Below, in pieces: positions 1 to 13,674 of a DNA stretch of 64,000 nt. A program made the position numbers and the translations under genes. The DNA comes from Octopus sinensis. Taxonomy: Eukaryota. The notes under the pieces were generated by a model. The model saw nothing but the letters and a program-made list of their open reading frames with translations, had not been told where the DNA came from and made no database searches. Position 1 is the stretch's first letter. Every line of letters starts with the position of its first letter. The stretch spans positions 4,898,001 through 4,962,000 of the forward strand of contig NC_043013.1 in NCBI RefSeq assembly GCF_006345805.1, given 5' to 3'.

Positions 1-383
1 CACGCAGCAGGACCGAACCCGCAGCCATGTGGTTGGGAAGCATATTTCTCACCACACAGCCACGCCTACACCCACATTTCAAAGTTACATCCACAGACTC
101 CGTTAACATGCTTCAGTCATAAGTTTGTCAATATTGACGAGAAAAGGTTAATCAATACGATAGTGACGGGTATTCTATTTTATTTGACGCTAAAGGGTTA
201 AAACGCGAAGTTAGCTTACATGGGATTTGAACTCAGACCGTAAACAACGCAAAATATTTTGTCTGGCACTCTGTCGATTCTACCGCCCCCCCCCACCAGT
301 GAACCGTATAAATTAACAACGTCTCCTAAAGAATGGAGCAATTAGGATAGCATCTGTGACAGTTACCTCCCTTATCTTCTTTG

Positions 384-426
384 CACGTGTTGCAAAACTT
401 TGTTGAAAAACTTTGCTGAAGATGGC
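384..426 (+). promoter_or_regulatory. Putative ATIC 5' region: E-box CACGTG (384-389) and YY1-like AAGATGGC over the ATG
   Basis: Motif match only; depends on the exon-1 assignment. Confidence 0.3.
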
Positions 427-461
427 AACTTTACCATACACGGCTGCAAGATGCGAACGAG
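422..461 (+). CDS. ATIC: ATIC probable coding exon 1 (MATLPYTAARCER + phase-1 base)
   Basis: aagATGg start context and GAG|GTAATA donor. The phase-1 end joins exon 2 in frame (G+TA = Val, then LLSVS). Chosen by phase and context, not by homology. Confidence 0.55.
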
Positions 462-893
462 GTAATAATAAAAAAATATTACTCCACTTCTATCTATCTC
501 TACATACAGAAACACACACACATACATACTCATGTATTGAGGTATTTTCGCTTTTACAGCCTTTAATTCAAAATAGCCTGTTTTTACTGGTGTGTATAAG
601 TACACATTAGTGCCCCCCGCGGCATAAGGTTTAGATATATATATATGTATATATAAAATAAAATGCACAATGCAAGACAAGCGTAAATGTAACTATACAT
701 ACATACTTATATGTATGAACAAACCCACATAAATAATCGGGTATAACAGCCGTATGTAGTTTACTGCAGACAATCTTTCCATATCAACCAGTGCAAATTA
801 TAGCGCTAAAACTCGATAGTGGGAAGGGAGGTGAGACATATTTGTCATGTTGCCGGCCTTTGAATTTCTGTCCTATATATTTACGTCTGTATA

Positions 894-934
<41 letters not shown>

Positions 935-1244
935 CTATATAGTTGTTGGTTAGTTTCTTTAAAGCTGGGGGTTTCGCTATGTTTTTCTCACTTTCAGTGA
1001 TTGCATTTTAATAAGAACCTTAGCCGTGTTTATTGTTTTCATTTATTTTTGTTAGGCAAAAACGTTAATATAACGCTAGTTTGTTCGGTGTTTTTATTCT
1101 TTCATTATGCGTCGACTTATTTCTCGCGTGGCGAAATTCCCGCCACCAATTACTGTGTGTGTTCACCTTAAAAATCAATAAACGAGGCACCGAGACCACT
1201 GTTCGCTCCTAGTACCGTTCTTAAAGTCGCCTACAACAAATTTA

Positions 1245-1275
<31 letters not shown>

Positions 1276-1903
1276 CGTACATACATACAGAAATGTATAC
1301 GACCGTATTAAAAGATCAACTTAAATTAGACTCTTAAAAGCGAAGAATCTCCGGTTAGTTGTTCAAAAGTTCGAAAAAACCACACTCCAAAAAAAAAATC
1401 TTTTGAGTAGTAATGTTCAATGTCTTGTCCCGGCATAAAGGAGATGCAATCATATATATTTAAAATCTTTGAAAGCTCTCTATTTGGTGGGGGGGAAAAT
1501 ATCTGAAGATTTAAAATACTCAGTGGTTGGAAGGAATTTAACAAGACCTCCCTTGTTATAATAATTAATTTTCATTCATTGAAATTGTGCTTTTGTTTTG
1601 ACGGGACGTTATCTGGCTCCGCGCCAACATTTACGTTACACGTGCAAGATTTGTTTATAATCAGTAAAACGGATACCTCAGTGTTAAAGCTTATCAAAAA
1701 ATATCTTGTAAAGCGGCGAGATAAGCTGACTGTTAGCTTGCCAGACTTAAGTGGCATTTAGTCTGTCTGTACGTTGTAAGTTCAAACTCCGCTGGCATCG
1801 GCTTTGCCTTTCATCTTTTCAGGGTCGATAAAAAAAAAAAAGTACCAGTCAACTGTAGCAAAATTTGAAACCATTAATAAAAGCCTGTGCATTTAACAAA
1901 TAA

Positions 1904-2160
1904 CTAAGGAACAAACTTAGTCTCAGCGGGGTGAGGTACAAGGTTAGGGTTGTGAAGTTCTTGTTTCAATAATTTTTTGTGTTCGAACGGTATGCTGTCT
2001 TTTTTAAAGCGTTCTAACCGTGGCCATGTAAAGGTGTGCACGACCACCCTTTGACGGTTTTGAATGACCATAGAAAGTGCGAGCCCTCTAACTGAAAAAT
2101 TGTGGATTTGTATAAAGGACACACACAAAGACAGACATTTTGCCGTTTATATATAGAGAG
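1904..2160 (-). mobile_element. Non-autonomous Helitron-like element, copy 1
   Basis: 5' TCTATATATAAACGGCAAAATGTCTG shared with 18838; ends CTAG|T on the - strand. Confidence 0.5.
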
Positions 2161-4412
2161 AATTTTAAATCGTTCATCTCCCCCCCCCAACACACACACA
2201 CAAGCAAAAATTAGTTTGGGCGCGATTTTAATTTTTTTATTTTTTCTTAATGAAAATCGTTCAGGTGACAAGATCAATGGGGTGAGGTGAAATATCCGAG
2301 GCTTCCACCTTACCCTATCCCGTTTTTCGGATCCGAAAAAGGGGTTTTGTAGCATATTAGGTCACAGGAATTCATTCAAGAAAAAAAAAAAAAAAATTCC
2401 AATAATTCCAGGATTGGGGGGGGGGAGAGGTCCCCCTTCGCCGCCACCCCTTTCTTCCTAACCAAAATAAGTGATTTGAAACGTATTATTAGGAGGTCAG
2501 GGTACTTGATTTCACGGGAAAAAAAGATCCATTTTTTTTTTCTTAATGAAAATCGTGCAGGTGTTAATATAAAAATTTACCAAAAATCCTGTATTTTTCG
2601 CGTGTGTAAAGGAATCGCTTAACTTTATAGTTTGAGAATGATTCCAGCATATCAGACCAATATCTAACGATGTTTCTCAACATAACCCTTTTTTAAAAGC
2701 ATATTTCCAACTTATCGCACCGATCCAGAACCAGTTGGAGGAACTGCTTTGATAATTAAATTTTTCGGTGAACGGAAAGTTACCGAGTCTCCCGCAGGAT
2801 ACTTATGTTGACATAACTATAGTTTGATGCCCCGAATACTTTTTGTTTTTCAATTTTCTTTTAAGTTTTTTTGTTTTTTTTTGATAAAATTTTGCGGAGA
2901 CACCTTTTCAACGATGCAGATTACGTTAAGATTTTTTTTTTTTTTTTTTGGTAAATTTTCAGAAAATTTACCTTTTTTTTTTTTCTTTTTAAATTAGAAG
3001 CTTCGAATCATTCTCCTCACTCGATTTATTTTCCTTATAACTCTTTTTAAAATGCATGTTCTTTTGCAAAAATATCTTTTCGGGAGTGTAGATTATATAG
3101 TAATGTAGGTATTTCAAACAAATCTGAAAATGTGAAACTTAAGGCAATTGGGAGGTGAATAGGGTGGGGGAGAAATGAGCGGAGTTCTGATCGAAGCACA
3201 CCATCTAACCCGCCGGAGAATGTTCTTAAACTCCTTCAAAACTACATTCTCTGTAAATTTCCTTAATATAATTGTCGTCTACGCCCCGGAGCACCAAACT
3301 GTACCTATATCACTAGTTAATTTGCAGTGTAATTTTAAAAAGGAGTGTTTCGTAAACCGTCGTTAAATGGACTGAGGGGCTCAATACGATTCCTTTCTCC
3401 TCGCCCCCACCCACAAGCAGTTCGAACTTTAAATGTCATCTGTCTTGTTTGACAAACATACGCCATGTGCTGAATCCTTGTTGTTTTTTTTAAAATAAAC
3501 TCTGTATATCCGACACTAAACTCTAATAGTTCTGTTTTAAAACATGTCGATTGAGAGAGATGGGGTGATTAAACATCGGCTCACAGACACCCTTGTCATA
3601 TTAGATGTCTAACACAAGATTCTACATTTGAAGGAAGATAGGCTATCTTTCGATATAGTCTTTTATAATAATCTTAGCGCTATTTACTAGTTTCAGTTTG
3701 TTTTTTGTGAAAGGCAAGGGGGTCGACCGGCCTTGAGAAAGGCGAGAAAGTATTTTGTGTATTAAGGTTTTACATATAATTTTATAGGGGAAGCAAACGA
3801 CAAGATAGCTATATTTGTGTGGAATTGAGGTCAGACCGGGTCTGTCATCTTGTCAGCCCTGTTCGAGTACATTTGTTGTAGCAGCCATCCCGTCACTTAC
3901 GAAAAATTTTTTCTCCTTGCTTCTCATTAGACTGCGGCCATGCTGAAGCACCGCCTTGAAGGGTTTAGTGGAACAAATCGACCCCAGTACTTATTTTTCC
4001 AGTTTCTATTGCCGAACCGCTAAGTTGGGAGGGACGTAAACAAACCAACACCGGTTGCATTCCAAGCGGGGTGATACACACACACACACACACACGCACG
4101 CACAGTGAGCTTCCATAGTTTCTGTCTATCAAATCCTCTCATAAAGGCATTGGTCGATCTGGGGCTATAGCAAAAAAACACTTGCCCAAGATACCATGAA
4201 GCGGAACTGAACCTGAAACCATATGGTTGCAAAATGAGCTTGTTAACCACACAACCAGGTGTGCAGTGAATTAACCCATAGATGTATACAATAACAAAAA
4301 ACAATCTGAGGACATTATTTTAAAACTTGATTGGAATACATTGAAATCTAAAAACAATGATTAACAGTTATGCTGTCACACTGGATGGAAGTAGCTATCA
4401 TTCAAAACACAC

Positions 4413-5215
4413 ACATCATCATCATCATCATCATTGTTTGACCGTGGTCAAGACAATGGAATTTACCATGCTACGCCAGATTTCACGGTCCATCATAGCA
4501 TTACGGAGGTCCTGGTGCTGGATGCTGGAGATTACATAAGGGTAGGAGAGTGTGCGCCCTCTGGTATCGTGAGTAGATGGCTTCCAGAGGAGAAAAGTAG
4601 AAATTGCCTCGTTTCCAGCTCTACAACAATGTCCAGCAAACTGGACTCTCCTACCTTTCACAAGAGATGACACAGGTGGTAGTTTCCCATATATTTGCAT
4701 TTTGTTTGGATGACGCTTTCACAAGAGATTTTGAGCTCTCATAAGGAGGCGAGTGTAGGTTCCATCCAACCGCCTCTCAAGCTTCTTTGATAACGTCCAG
4801 GTTTCTGAGTAGAATTGGTTCGACTGTGGTTTTGAAGATTTTAAGTTTGAAGTCTCTACTTAGATTTGATGACCAGATCTTATGCATGTCATTACAGGCT
4901 GACCAGGCCATACCCTTTCTAGTTAGAAAATCTTTTCCAGATGATGATATGTATGACCCAAGATATTTGTAATCAGAAACCATATTTAAGGGTGCATTGT
5001 TGAGAGTGTGGATGATGCAATCACTGTTGGACAGGCACTTGTTTACATATTCAGTCTTGGCCTCATTGAGGTAAAGACCTACACAATTTGAGGCTTGTTC
5101 GAGAGATTGTAAAAGAGACTGGGCATTGGAGAGAGAATCACTGATAAGAGCGATGTCGTCAGCAAAGTCAGTGTCTGTCAAGTACTCAGCTGGGTGTCTG
5201 GAACTTCTTCTTGGT
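4413..5215 (-). mobile_element. 5'-truncated RTE-clade LINE (RT C-terminus to 3' end)
   Basis: TDTDFADDIALI...YKYLGS...TVEPILL; frameshifted 3' part (VQFAGHCCRA...RGR); (TGA)n tail at 4414-4433. Confidence 0.85.
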
Positions 5216-5339
5216 TTTATTTCAAAGTTACGAGTACTTTAATCAGAAATTCTGTTGCGTAATATGATAGGATTTAGCTGTAATTTTTGGCAAATCGAGG
5301 GACTCCATTTAGGATTCTTTAGTTGCTTACTCGGGGAAG

Positions 5340-5700
5340 AATACATGGAGGAAGATGCATGCATAGTATACTTAAAATTAGATGGCCTGAACACAAAAGC
5401 AATATGGAGCTATGGCAAAGAACAAATCAAGTTTCAATTAGGGAGCAAATATTTAAGAAAAAGTGGAAGTGGATTGGTAGCACAATTAGAAAAGACACCA
5501 AATGTAGCGAAAAGTGCTTTAAAGTGGAATCCGGATGGATGTAGAAAGAGAGGTAGGCCTAAGAACTTGTGGTGTAGATCAACACAAAAGGAACTAGAGA
5601 AAGGGGGACATTCATGGCAGAGTATAAGTACAGAAGCGAAAAATTATGCAACATGGAATTCAAGTGGCCTATACTCTGCATAGGAGGGTTAAAGGCAGAA
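5340..5700 (+). mobile_element. 3' fragment of a second RTE-like LINE
   Basis: ILKIRWPEHKSNMELWQRT...WKWIG, ALKWNPDGCRKRGRPK. Confidence 0.75.
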
Positions 5701-6327
5701 AAAAAAGGAAAAAAAACTAAATTCTTCATACTTTGAAAATTAACTGAGACAAATGCAGTACATTTCAATAGAACTGTGGTAAGAAAAAGGTTAAGCTGAC
5801 CCTCAATTTAATGATAAATGCCGAGTTCCAAACTTATTTGTCCTTGCTTTTACTGGGTGTTGATTCCCCATGTCACCTTTTATAAATGATAACTATGTTG
5901 TCATCAAGACAACAGAACCAGTGAAAACAGACCTGTCAACACATTGCCAACAAACTGTCACACACACAAACAGGTGTCTTTCAGTTTCCACTTACCAAAT
6001 CCTATGACAAGGCTTTTGTTGGCCTGTGGTTATTATAGAGAATGCTTGTCGAAGGTGCCACGCAATGGGACAGAACCCGCAACCATATGGTTGGGAAGCA
6101 AGCTTAATAACATAGCTGTGCAAGCACCTTGTATCGTCATCAGTTAACGTCCATATTCCATGCTGGCATGGGTTAGACAGTTCGACTGAAACTAGTAAGG
6201 TGGAGAGCTGCAACAAGTTCCAGTCTGATTTCGCATGGTTTCTATGGCTGGTTGCCCTTCTTAACACCAAACACTCCAAAAAAACCCTTTTTTTTTTTAT
6301 GCTAAACTTTTTTTTTTTTCCTTTCAG

Positions 6328-6454
6328 TATTATTGAGTGTGTCCAACAAAAGTGGGGTTGTGGAGTTTGCAAAGAGCCTAAGTGAGCTTGGTCTACAACT
6401 TGTTGGTTCTGGAGGTACAGCGCAAACCATCAGAAATGCTGGAATACCCATTGT
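6328..6454 (+). CDS. ATIC: ATIC exon 2 ([17 protein letters not shown]...[13 protein letters not shown]), IMPCH domain
   Basis: tttcag acceptor, gtaagt donor, 127 nt; matches the PurH N-terminus including SGGT. Confidence 0.96.
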
Positions 6455-7140
6455 GTAAGTACTTCCTGAAATTCATATGTGTTTGAGTACTTGTCATTTT
6501 GTCTTATGTCAACCCTGATGGAATCTATCTATGATCAGACATTCTAGCTGTGACCATTCTGTCTTTTTCTTTTTAAGAACATTTAGGACCACATTATCTA
6601 ACGTGTCCTTTATTTATAATAAGAGTGTGATTTTTCGGGAGATTTGACTGCTATTTCTAGCTGGTTGAGTGACTATATAGAGGCTCTCATTCATCACCAT
6701 CATTTAACATCAGTTTTCTCTGCTGGCATGGGTTAGACAGTTTAACTGAAGATAGTAAGCTTGAGCACCATTCAAGCATGGTTGATGCTAGTACCGCATG
6801 ACTGGCCCTAGTGCTGGTGGCACATAAAAGGCACCATTCAAGCATGGCTGATGCCAGTACAGCGTGACTGGCCCTAGTACTAGTGGCATGTAAAAAGCAC
6901 CCACTACCCTCTGAGTGGTTGGCGTTAGGATGGGCATCCAGCTGTAGAAACCGTGCCAGATCAGATTGGAGCCTGGTGCAGCCCTCAGTCAAACTGTCCA
7001 ACCCATGCCAGTATGGAAAGTGGATGTTAAAACGACGACGATAATGCTGATGAAGAATCTGATGCTTAAGTAAAAGAAATTCCTTATTAGAAAATCAATC
7101 AGAAATTTTGGTCATTTAACGGAATTTTAATATTTTACAG

Positions 7141-7217
7141 GGACGTCTCTGATGTTACAAAATGTCCCGAGATGTTGAAAGGTCGGGTGAAAACTCTCCA
7201 TCCTGCCATACATGGTG
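7141..7217 (+). CDS. ATIC: ATIC exon 3 ([25 protein letters not shown])
   Basis: ttacag/gtaagt, 77 nt; GRVKTLHP signature. Confidence 0.97.
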
Positions 7218-7804
7218 GTAAGTGGTCATTTATGTTAATGTTGCTTAAGTGTGTGTCATTTTTTTCGCTTGTTTCAGTCACTGAGTAATGTTACAGGGAT
7301 GCAAACAAACCTACACCAGTTGTTAATGGGTGTTAAGAAACAAATGGCAAAAACCCATGCATGCATACATGTGTACACACGCTCACAGATAATGGGCTTC
7401 TTTTCAGTTTCCATCTACCAAATCCACTCACGAGGCTTTTGTATAAGACCCTTGCCCAAGGTACCACACAGTGGGACTGAACCCTTTCTGACAACACAAC
7501 CATGCCCGCACCTGTGATTGTGCATAAATTTTGTCATTAATGAAATTATTTTAGAATAAAAATAATTAGGTTTCTCAATTTATTTGCTATTGTTTTCAGA
7601 TTTGACCAGATTATGGAATTGAGTTGGGTTTTGTGGGTCTATAATCCCTAATCCTTTTCTTTATTATACTTCACCCACCCCTTTTCTCATGTTCTTTTGG
7701 TTGCAGCAGGGTGACCTCACAAGTGCAGGACCCACAAAAACCTTCCCTCCTCCCACCAACAGTAACTATCCTCTTACTGTTCCCGCTATTATATCCACAC
7801 AAAG

Positions 7805-8035
7805 GGTGGCGAGCTGGCAGAATCGTTAGCACGGCAGGCGAAATGCGTAGCCGTATTTCGTCTGTCGTTACGTTCTGAGTTCAAATTCCGCCGAGGTCGA
7901 CTTTGCATTTCATCCTTTCGGGGTCGATAAATTAAGTACCAGTTACGCACTGGGGTCGATATAATCAATTTAATCCGTTTGTCTGTCCTTGTTTGTCCCC
8001 TCTATGTTTAGCCCCTTGTGGGTAGTAAAGAAATA
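7805..8035 (+). mobile_element. tRNA-derived SINE family B (representative copy)
   Basis: GGCGAGCTGGCAGAA...GAGTTCAAATTCC...CATCCTTTCGGGGTCGATAAATTAAGTACC. Other copies at about 9085-9252(-), 11415-11625(-), 20522-20752(-), 24001-24220(+), 41700-42270(-, three), 44810-45016(-), 50675-50890(+), 52570-52790(-) and 58345-58580(-). Confidence 0.9.
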
Positions 8036-8552
8036 TATATCCACACATCAATAATTTTGTGTTTGCTGCCCCCCCCCCCACTACATGATAACAAATGTTG
8101 GTTTGTTTATTTCCCTGTAACTTAGTTTGGCAAAAAGAAACCAGTAGAATAACTAAGAACCTGAGTTTAATAAGTATTAAGGTTGAGTTCAACTAAAACC
8201 CTTCAGGGAATGTGCCCCAACATGGCCACAGTTCAGTGAGTGAAACAATTAAAAGATGTAATAATAATTCTAATTAACATTTGCTTGCTTTGTATGTCAA
8301 TGGTTGATTAGATGCTATTAACCGTTTACTCTCTCTCTCTCTCTCTCTCTCTCCCTCTTCTCTCTTTTTCTCTCTCCCTCTTCCCCTCTCTCTCTCTCTC
8401 TTCTCTCTCTTTTCCTCTCTCCCTCTTCCTCTCTCCTCTTTTTCTCTCTTTTTCTCTCTCTCTCTCTCTCTCTGTTGTTACCAGCAGTGACTTCTGGTGT
8501 TATTAAAGAAAGAATTTAACCTGCTTTCATTACTTTATTCTTTAATTTCCAG

Positions 8553-8619
8553 GAATTCTGGCCAAGCCAACCCCTGAAGATGTGAAAGAAGTTGAAGATC
8601 TTAACTTCAATTTGATCCG
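8553..8619 (+). CDS. ATIC: ATIC exon 4 (GILAKPTPEDVKEVEDLNFNLIR)
   Basis: ttccag/gtatgt, 67 nt, in frame. Confidence 0.95.
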
Positions 8620-9741
8620 GTATGTTTTTGTGTCATTGTCACTTTAATGGATTTTGTCTGTTGCTCTGAGGAAGCCATATTCTGTAGCCTGGTGGAATTA
8701 TAGTGCAATGAAGTCTAAGTGATTTACTTGCAAGAGCCAGGAAAGTTTATACTCGCCAAAAGTATAAAACGATTGTAAGCCATGTTAGGTATTATTGTGT
8801 GGAATAGTTTTCTTTGCTCGCCTAGCCTGGGGGGTTCTCAACCATTTTTTGTCTAAGGACTGCTTTGATTACTATTTGATCCTGCTGGACCTACTTAGAC
8901 ATTCAATGTATCATCATCATCGCTTAACGTCCGTCTTCCATGCAGGCATGGGTGGGATGGTTTGACAGAAGCCTGCACTAGACTTCTGCAACTGTTTTGA
9001 CAGGATTTTTACAGCTGGATACCCTATATAGAAAAAAAATCCTGTACTTTTATAATTATATATTACTAGGAATTGTATAAATTCTTTTCTACTCTAAGAA
9101 TAAGGGCCAAAATTGGTACTTAATTTATCAACCCCGAAAGGATGAAAGGCAAAATCAACCTCAGCGGAATTTGAACTCAGAACAAAAAGACAGACAAAAT
9201 ACTGCAAAGCATTTTACCCAGCGTGCTAATGTTTCTGCCAAATCACCGCCTTAGGAATTACTCCCTTTTTACTTGTTTCAGTCATTTGACTGTGGCCATG
9301 CTGGAGCACCACCTGTAGTCGGGCAAATTGACCCCAGGACTTATTCTTTGTAAGCCTAGTACTTATTCTATCGGTGTCTTTTGCCGAACCGCTAAGTTAC
9401 GGGGACGTAAACACACCAGCATTGGTTGTCGAGTGATGTTGGGGGGGACAAACATATACAAATTATATATAAATTTTTTCAAAATATTCGTGTTGAAGAA
9501 ATATATAACCAATTTGTTGTAGATAAATTTTAACATCAAAATCTTATTTTGGTGCTCAAAGGTTGTGTGGACCTTAATTGAGAACCACTATCCCAACCCA
9601 TGCTTCTGAACCTGAGGAACACCATTCCCGTTCAAGGAGAATAAGTTTTAGAAGTAGGAGGCAAATATTATGGGGATGCTAAAAGCTTAGAGGCATGAGA
9701 ATTTTTCTTAGAAATGAAATATTTGATCCTTTAATAATTAA

Positions 9742-9961
9742 CCCTTTCGTTACCATATTTCTGTTGAGATGCTCTGTGTTTCTTTCAATTACTTTAAATA
9801 TAACAAAGAATTTAGTAAAATAACTTAGTTACTATTCAGCTAGTGTTAGGAACATAAATTGTGACTAAGGTTTGGTGGAAGATTTTAATTCAGAACTTTT
9901 GAAAGCAGGACATTTGTACTCAGACCCAGAGCCAGTTTCAGCCGGGTTGGTAACAAAAGGG
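9742..9961. mobile_element. piggyBac-like MITE, 220 bp
   Basis: TTAA|CCCTTTCGTTACCA ... TGGTAACAAAAGGG|TTAA. Confidence 0.8.
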
Positions 9962-11136
9962 TTAAACCAGCAATATCCAGCTTATTACATCTACTTTATA
10001 ATGTCATTCTAAAAGAAGCAATCACTGGAACCTCCAAGCTATAATACAAGATTAATTCAAAACGATGTGAATGAATAAGCATTACATTTGATGGAATAAT
10101 TCGAATGCTAAAGGGTTAACCCAAATACGAGATTTATATTTTATGTGAATTTCTTGTTAGTATTTTGTTAGTATTAGAGTTTGATAAACTTTGTCATCAT
10201 TTGAGCAGAAACACAATTGGGGATGTATTGACATCAAGTGTTATTTCATTATGTTAACCCTCCATAGAGGGCATTAGTTCACCCAAGGATCTGAAGAAGC
10301 ACGTGTTTGATAGAACATTATAAGGATATTTTTGGTAACAATTGCATCAGTTTTTTTCTCATGTTTTCAGTTTTATTTTTCTGTTTATGTTACCAAATCT
10401 GTACATATGTATGTATCAAAATCGAAATCGATCAACATCAATGGAAATTGTAGCTGTGATACCAGTGCCGGTGGCATGTAAGAGTGCCATCCGAACGTGG
10501 CCATTGCCAGCGCCGCCCCGACTGGCTTCCGTGCCGGTGGCACGTAAAATGCACCATCCGATTGTGGCCATTGCCAGCCTCCTCTGGCACCTGTGCAGGT
10601 GGCACGTAAAAAGCACCCACTACACTCATGGAGTGGTTGGCGTTAGGAAGGGCATCCAGCCATAGAAACACTGCCAGATCAGACTGGGCCTGGTGCAGCC
10701 TTCTGGCTTCACAGACCCCAGTTGAACCGTCCAACCTATGCTAGCATGGAAAACGGACGATGATGATGATGATTCTACTATAATAATACTCTTGTGTTTT
10801 TCTCTGTCACAACATTTGAAAGAAAGGAAGGGGTGATGGCAAACTGGTTGTGGGAGCATTTCAACTCTGTGTGTAATGGAAGGGGGATGGTGAACATTCA
10901 ATGCTGAAAAGAAAAATCAAACAGCGTTTCAACTCTGTAGTGTTCCTTCAGTAACAAACGATGATTGATGTCACATCTCAAAAGACAACAATAGATAACA
11001 TTGACAAGTGTATTAATTTGATTTACCATCCATATTTATATATAAAATACTACAATTAGCAGTCATTTTTTGATGGCACGGGGCCAGCTAGTATACATAA
11101 TGTTTTATCTTTATTTTTTTATTTTTTCTTCCGTAG

Positions 11137-11225
11137 TGTTGTTGTCTGTAACCTGTATCCATTTGTGAAAACAGTTGCCTCAGACGATGTTACTGCTGAG
11201 CAGGCTGTGGAACAAATTGACATAG
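11137..11225 (+). CDS. ATIC: ATIC exon 5 ([13 protein letters not shown]...VEQIDI)
   Basis: ccgtag/gtaagg, 89 nt; NLYPF and EQIDIG motifs. Confidence 0.97.
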
Positions 11226-12454
11226 GTAAGGCTTTGTATTTAACATACTAAAATCTGCTTTAAAATATCACAAAAATTAGGATGTTAATCAGTCTGATTG
11301 GCACAGGGGTTGGTAAAATTGCTAATGAGACACACAAATGTTTTATGGTGTTTACATTGACATGCTACATGTACCAGTAATATACTGTGATGGTTTGGTT
11401 ACTTTAGGTTTTCTTATTTCTTTATTGCCCACAAGGGGCTAAACATAGAGGGGACAAACAAAGACAGACAAAGGGACTAAGTCGATTACATCGACCCCAG
11501 TGCGTAACTGGTACTTAATTTATCGACCCCAAAGAGATGAAAGGCAAAGTCAACCTCGGCAGAATTTGAACTCAGAACATAACAGCAGACGAAATACCGC
11601 TAAGCATTTCGCCTGGTGTGCTACTTTCGGTTTTCTGTTGCCAGATAGCCTTCATGTCACTAACATTCCCTTGTTTTTATTTCCCCATGGTCAGAATATT
11701 GGAAATGGACACAGCTTGTTTCACAATTGTGATGCTAAGGCCAGCAGACACAGACAGGTGTGTGTGTGTGTGGTTTAATATCTACTTTTTCATGCTTGCA
11801 TGGGTCAGATGTCATTTGCTTCCCTTTCTGTTGCCAGTCCTCCTCAGTTTCCAAGCAAAATATTTTCTCACTGGCAGACATTTACAGAAGCTGGAAACAA
11901 ACAACCTTGCTTGTATGATAATGTTAATTTGCAACTATTACATTATATTTAGACAAGGGTACACCATGCTGGTGCCATGTGTATAAAGCACCCAGTACAC
12001 TCTGTGAGGTGGTTGGCATTAGGAAGGGCATCCAAGCATAGAAGCCACGCCCAAAACAAATGAAGTTTGGGCAGGTCTCCAGCTGACCAGCACCTGTCAA
12101 ATTGTCCAACCCATGCCAAACATTATATGATGACCATGTTTGTGTGTGTATGTGCATGCATGCAATGAGCTTCCTTCAGTTTCCATTTACCAAATCTATT
12201 CACAAAGTTTTGGTCAACACGGCCCTCTAACAGAAGCCACTTACCCTAGGTGTCACATGGTGGAACTGAACCAGAAACTCCACAGTTCTTAACCACACAG
12301 CCATCCTTCCTGTACCCATGTAATATCAGATAAAACGAATGTCACCATAAATTTGATCATTGAATTACTTTGAATGCAAAGCCTCATTAGAGCCCATGTC
12401 ATTTAATAAGTTTAATCAGATGCTGCTTAATCCCTTAACTCAAATACACATGAC

Positions 12455-12818
12455 AAAATCGAAATCGATCAACATCAATGAAAATTGCTGCTGTGATACC
12501 AGTGCCGGTGGTACATAAAAGAACCATCCGAACGTGGCCGTTCCGACTGGCCTCGTGCCGGTGGCATGTAAAAAGCACCATCTGATCGTGGCACGTAAAA
12601 AGCACCATCCGACCGTGGCCGTTTGCCAGCCTCATCTGGCACATAAAAAGCACCCACTACACTCATGGAGTGGTTGGTGTTAGGAAGGGCATCCAGCCGT
12701 AGAAACATTGCCAGATCAGACTGGAGCCTGGTGCAGCCTTCTGGCTTCCCAGACCCCTGTTGAACCGTCCAACCCATGCTAGCATGGAGAACGGATGCTA
12801 AACGATGATGATGATGAT
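12455..12818 (+). mobile_element. SINE family C with a (GAT)n tail (representative copy)
   Basis: GGCGTTAGGAAGGGCATCCAGC core and RTE-like tail CCAACCCATGCTAGCATGGAAAACGGAC(GAT)n. Copies at about 6770-7050, 10420-10773 and 21870-22065. Confidence 0.85.
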
Positions 12819-12862
12819 AATGAATTATGACATTAATTAACGCTTCCTTCCTTTCTCTCCAG

Positions 12863-12941
12863 GTGGCGTTACTCTCCTCCGTGCTGCTGCAAAGAACTTT
12901 GCACGTGTTACTGTCATTTGTGACCCTAACGACTATAATGG
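12863..12941 (+). CDS. ATIC: ATIC exon 6 ([26 protein letters not shown])
   Basis: ctccag/gtaaag, 79 nt; RAAAKN motif. Confidence 0.96.
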
Positions 12942-13674
12942 GTAAAGTAGCAATATTAATATAAAATTCTATATTATATAAGTAAATGTTTGATGAAGGA
13001 TTTTGCACAGTTACATGAGAGCCTGTTTCCAAAATGATCCTCTAGTTACCATGATTTTAAAATTTCGTTTGTATTGATTATAGTTGTTAAGAAGTAAATA
13101 CATGGAGTATATTATTGCTGTTGTTAGATATATTATTAGTGTTATGAAGTGTATTAAAGAGTAAAGATTGTTTGCCATCATAACCTGGCAGTCCTGGTTT
13201 AGGACTAATGTTGCTGTAATTTAGCCCCAGGAAGCATCGTCTCCAGCTGGCTAAACCATGTTATGTTGGGAAACAATCTTTACTACAAGGTACTGTTGCT
13301 GTATATCTCACGTTGTGAGATTTAAAAATAGTAATTTTGTATTAATGAGGTTGTGACTATTCAGCCATCCAGTGAAATAGTGAATAGAAAAACTTAGTAA
13401 AGTTTTACTTTGCTGCAAAGACAGAACTCTTCATCGGAAAGAAATGAAATGTTTAATACACTAATGCGTCAATATTCAAGTTTAATTTGTTCCCAGAGAC
13501 TGCTTCTGAAGCAGAGCAATTATTTCCCATGATAACAATGATATAAATCGTATTTTGGTCCCAGAAAAATATTTTACTTATAAAATTTATAGTACTTGTA
13601 AATGAATGGCAATAAAACAACAGTAGAATGTAAAGAATATCTTTTGTGTAAAGCAAAAAGAATGTCAAGATCAT

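Noticed and set aside
3544-3566. MSIERDG as ATIC exon 1
   Set aside because: Phase 0 with a weak GTGATT donor; exon 2 requires phase 1.
7141-7217. AAA (Lys) codons where human ATIC has Gly ([10 protein letters not shown]) as A-to-I recoding targets
   Set aside because: These positions vary among PurH homologues and two edits per codon would be needed. The DNA gives no support.
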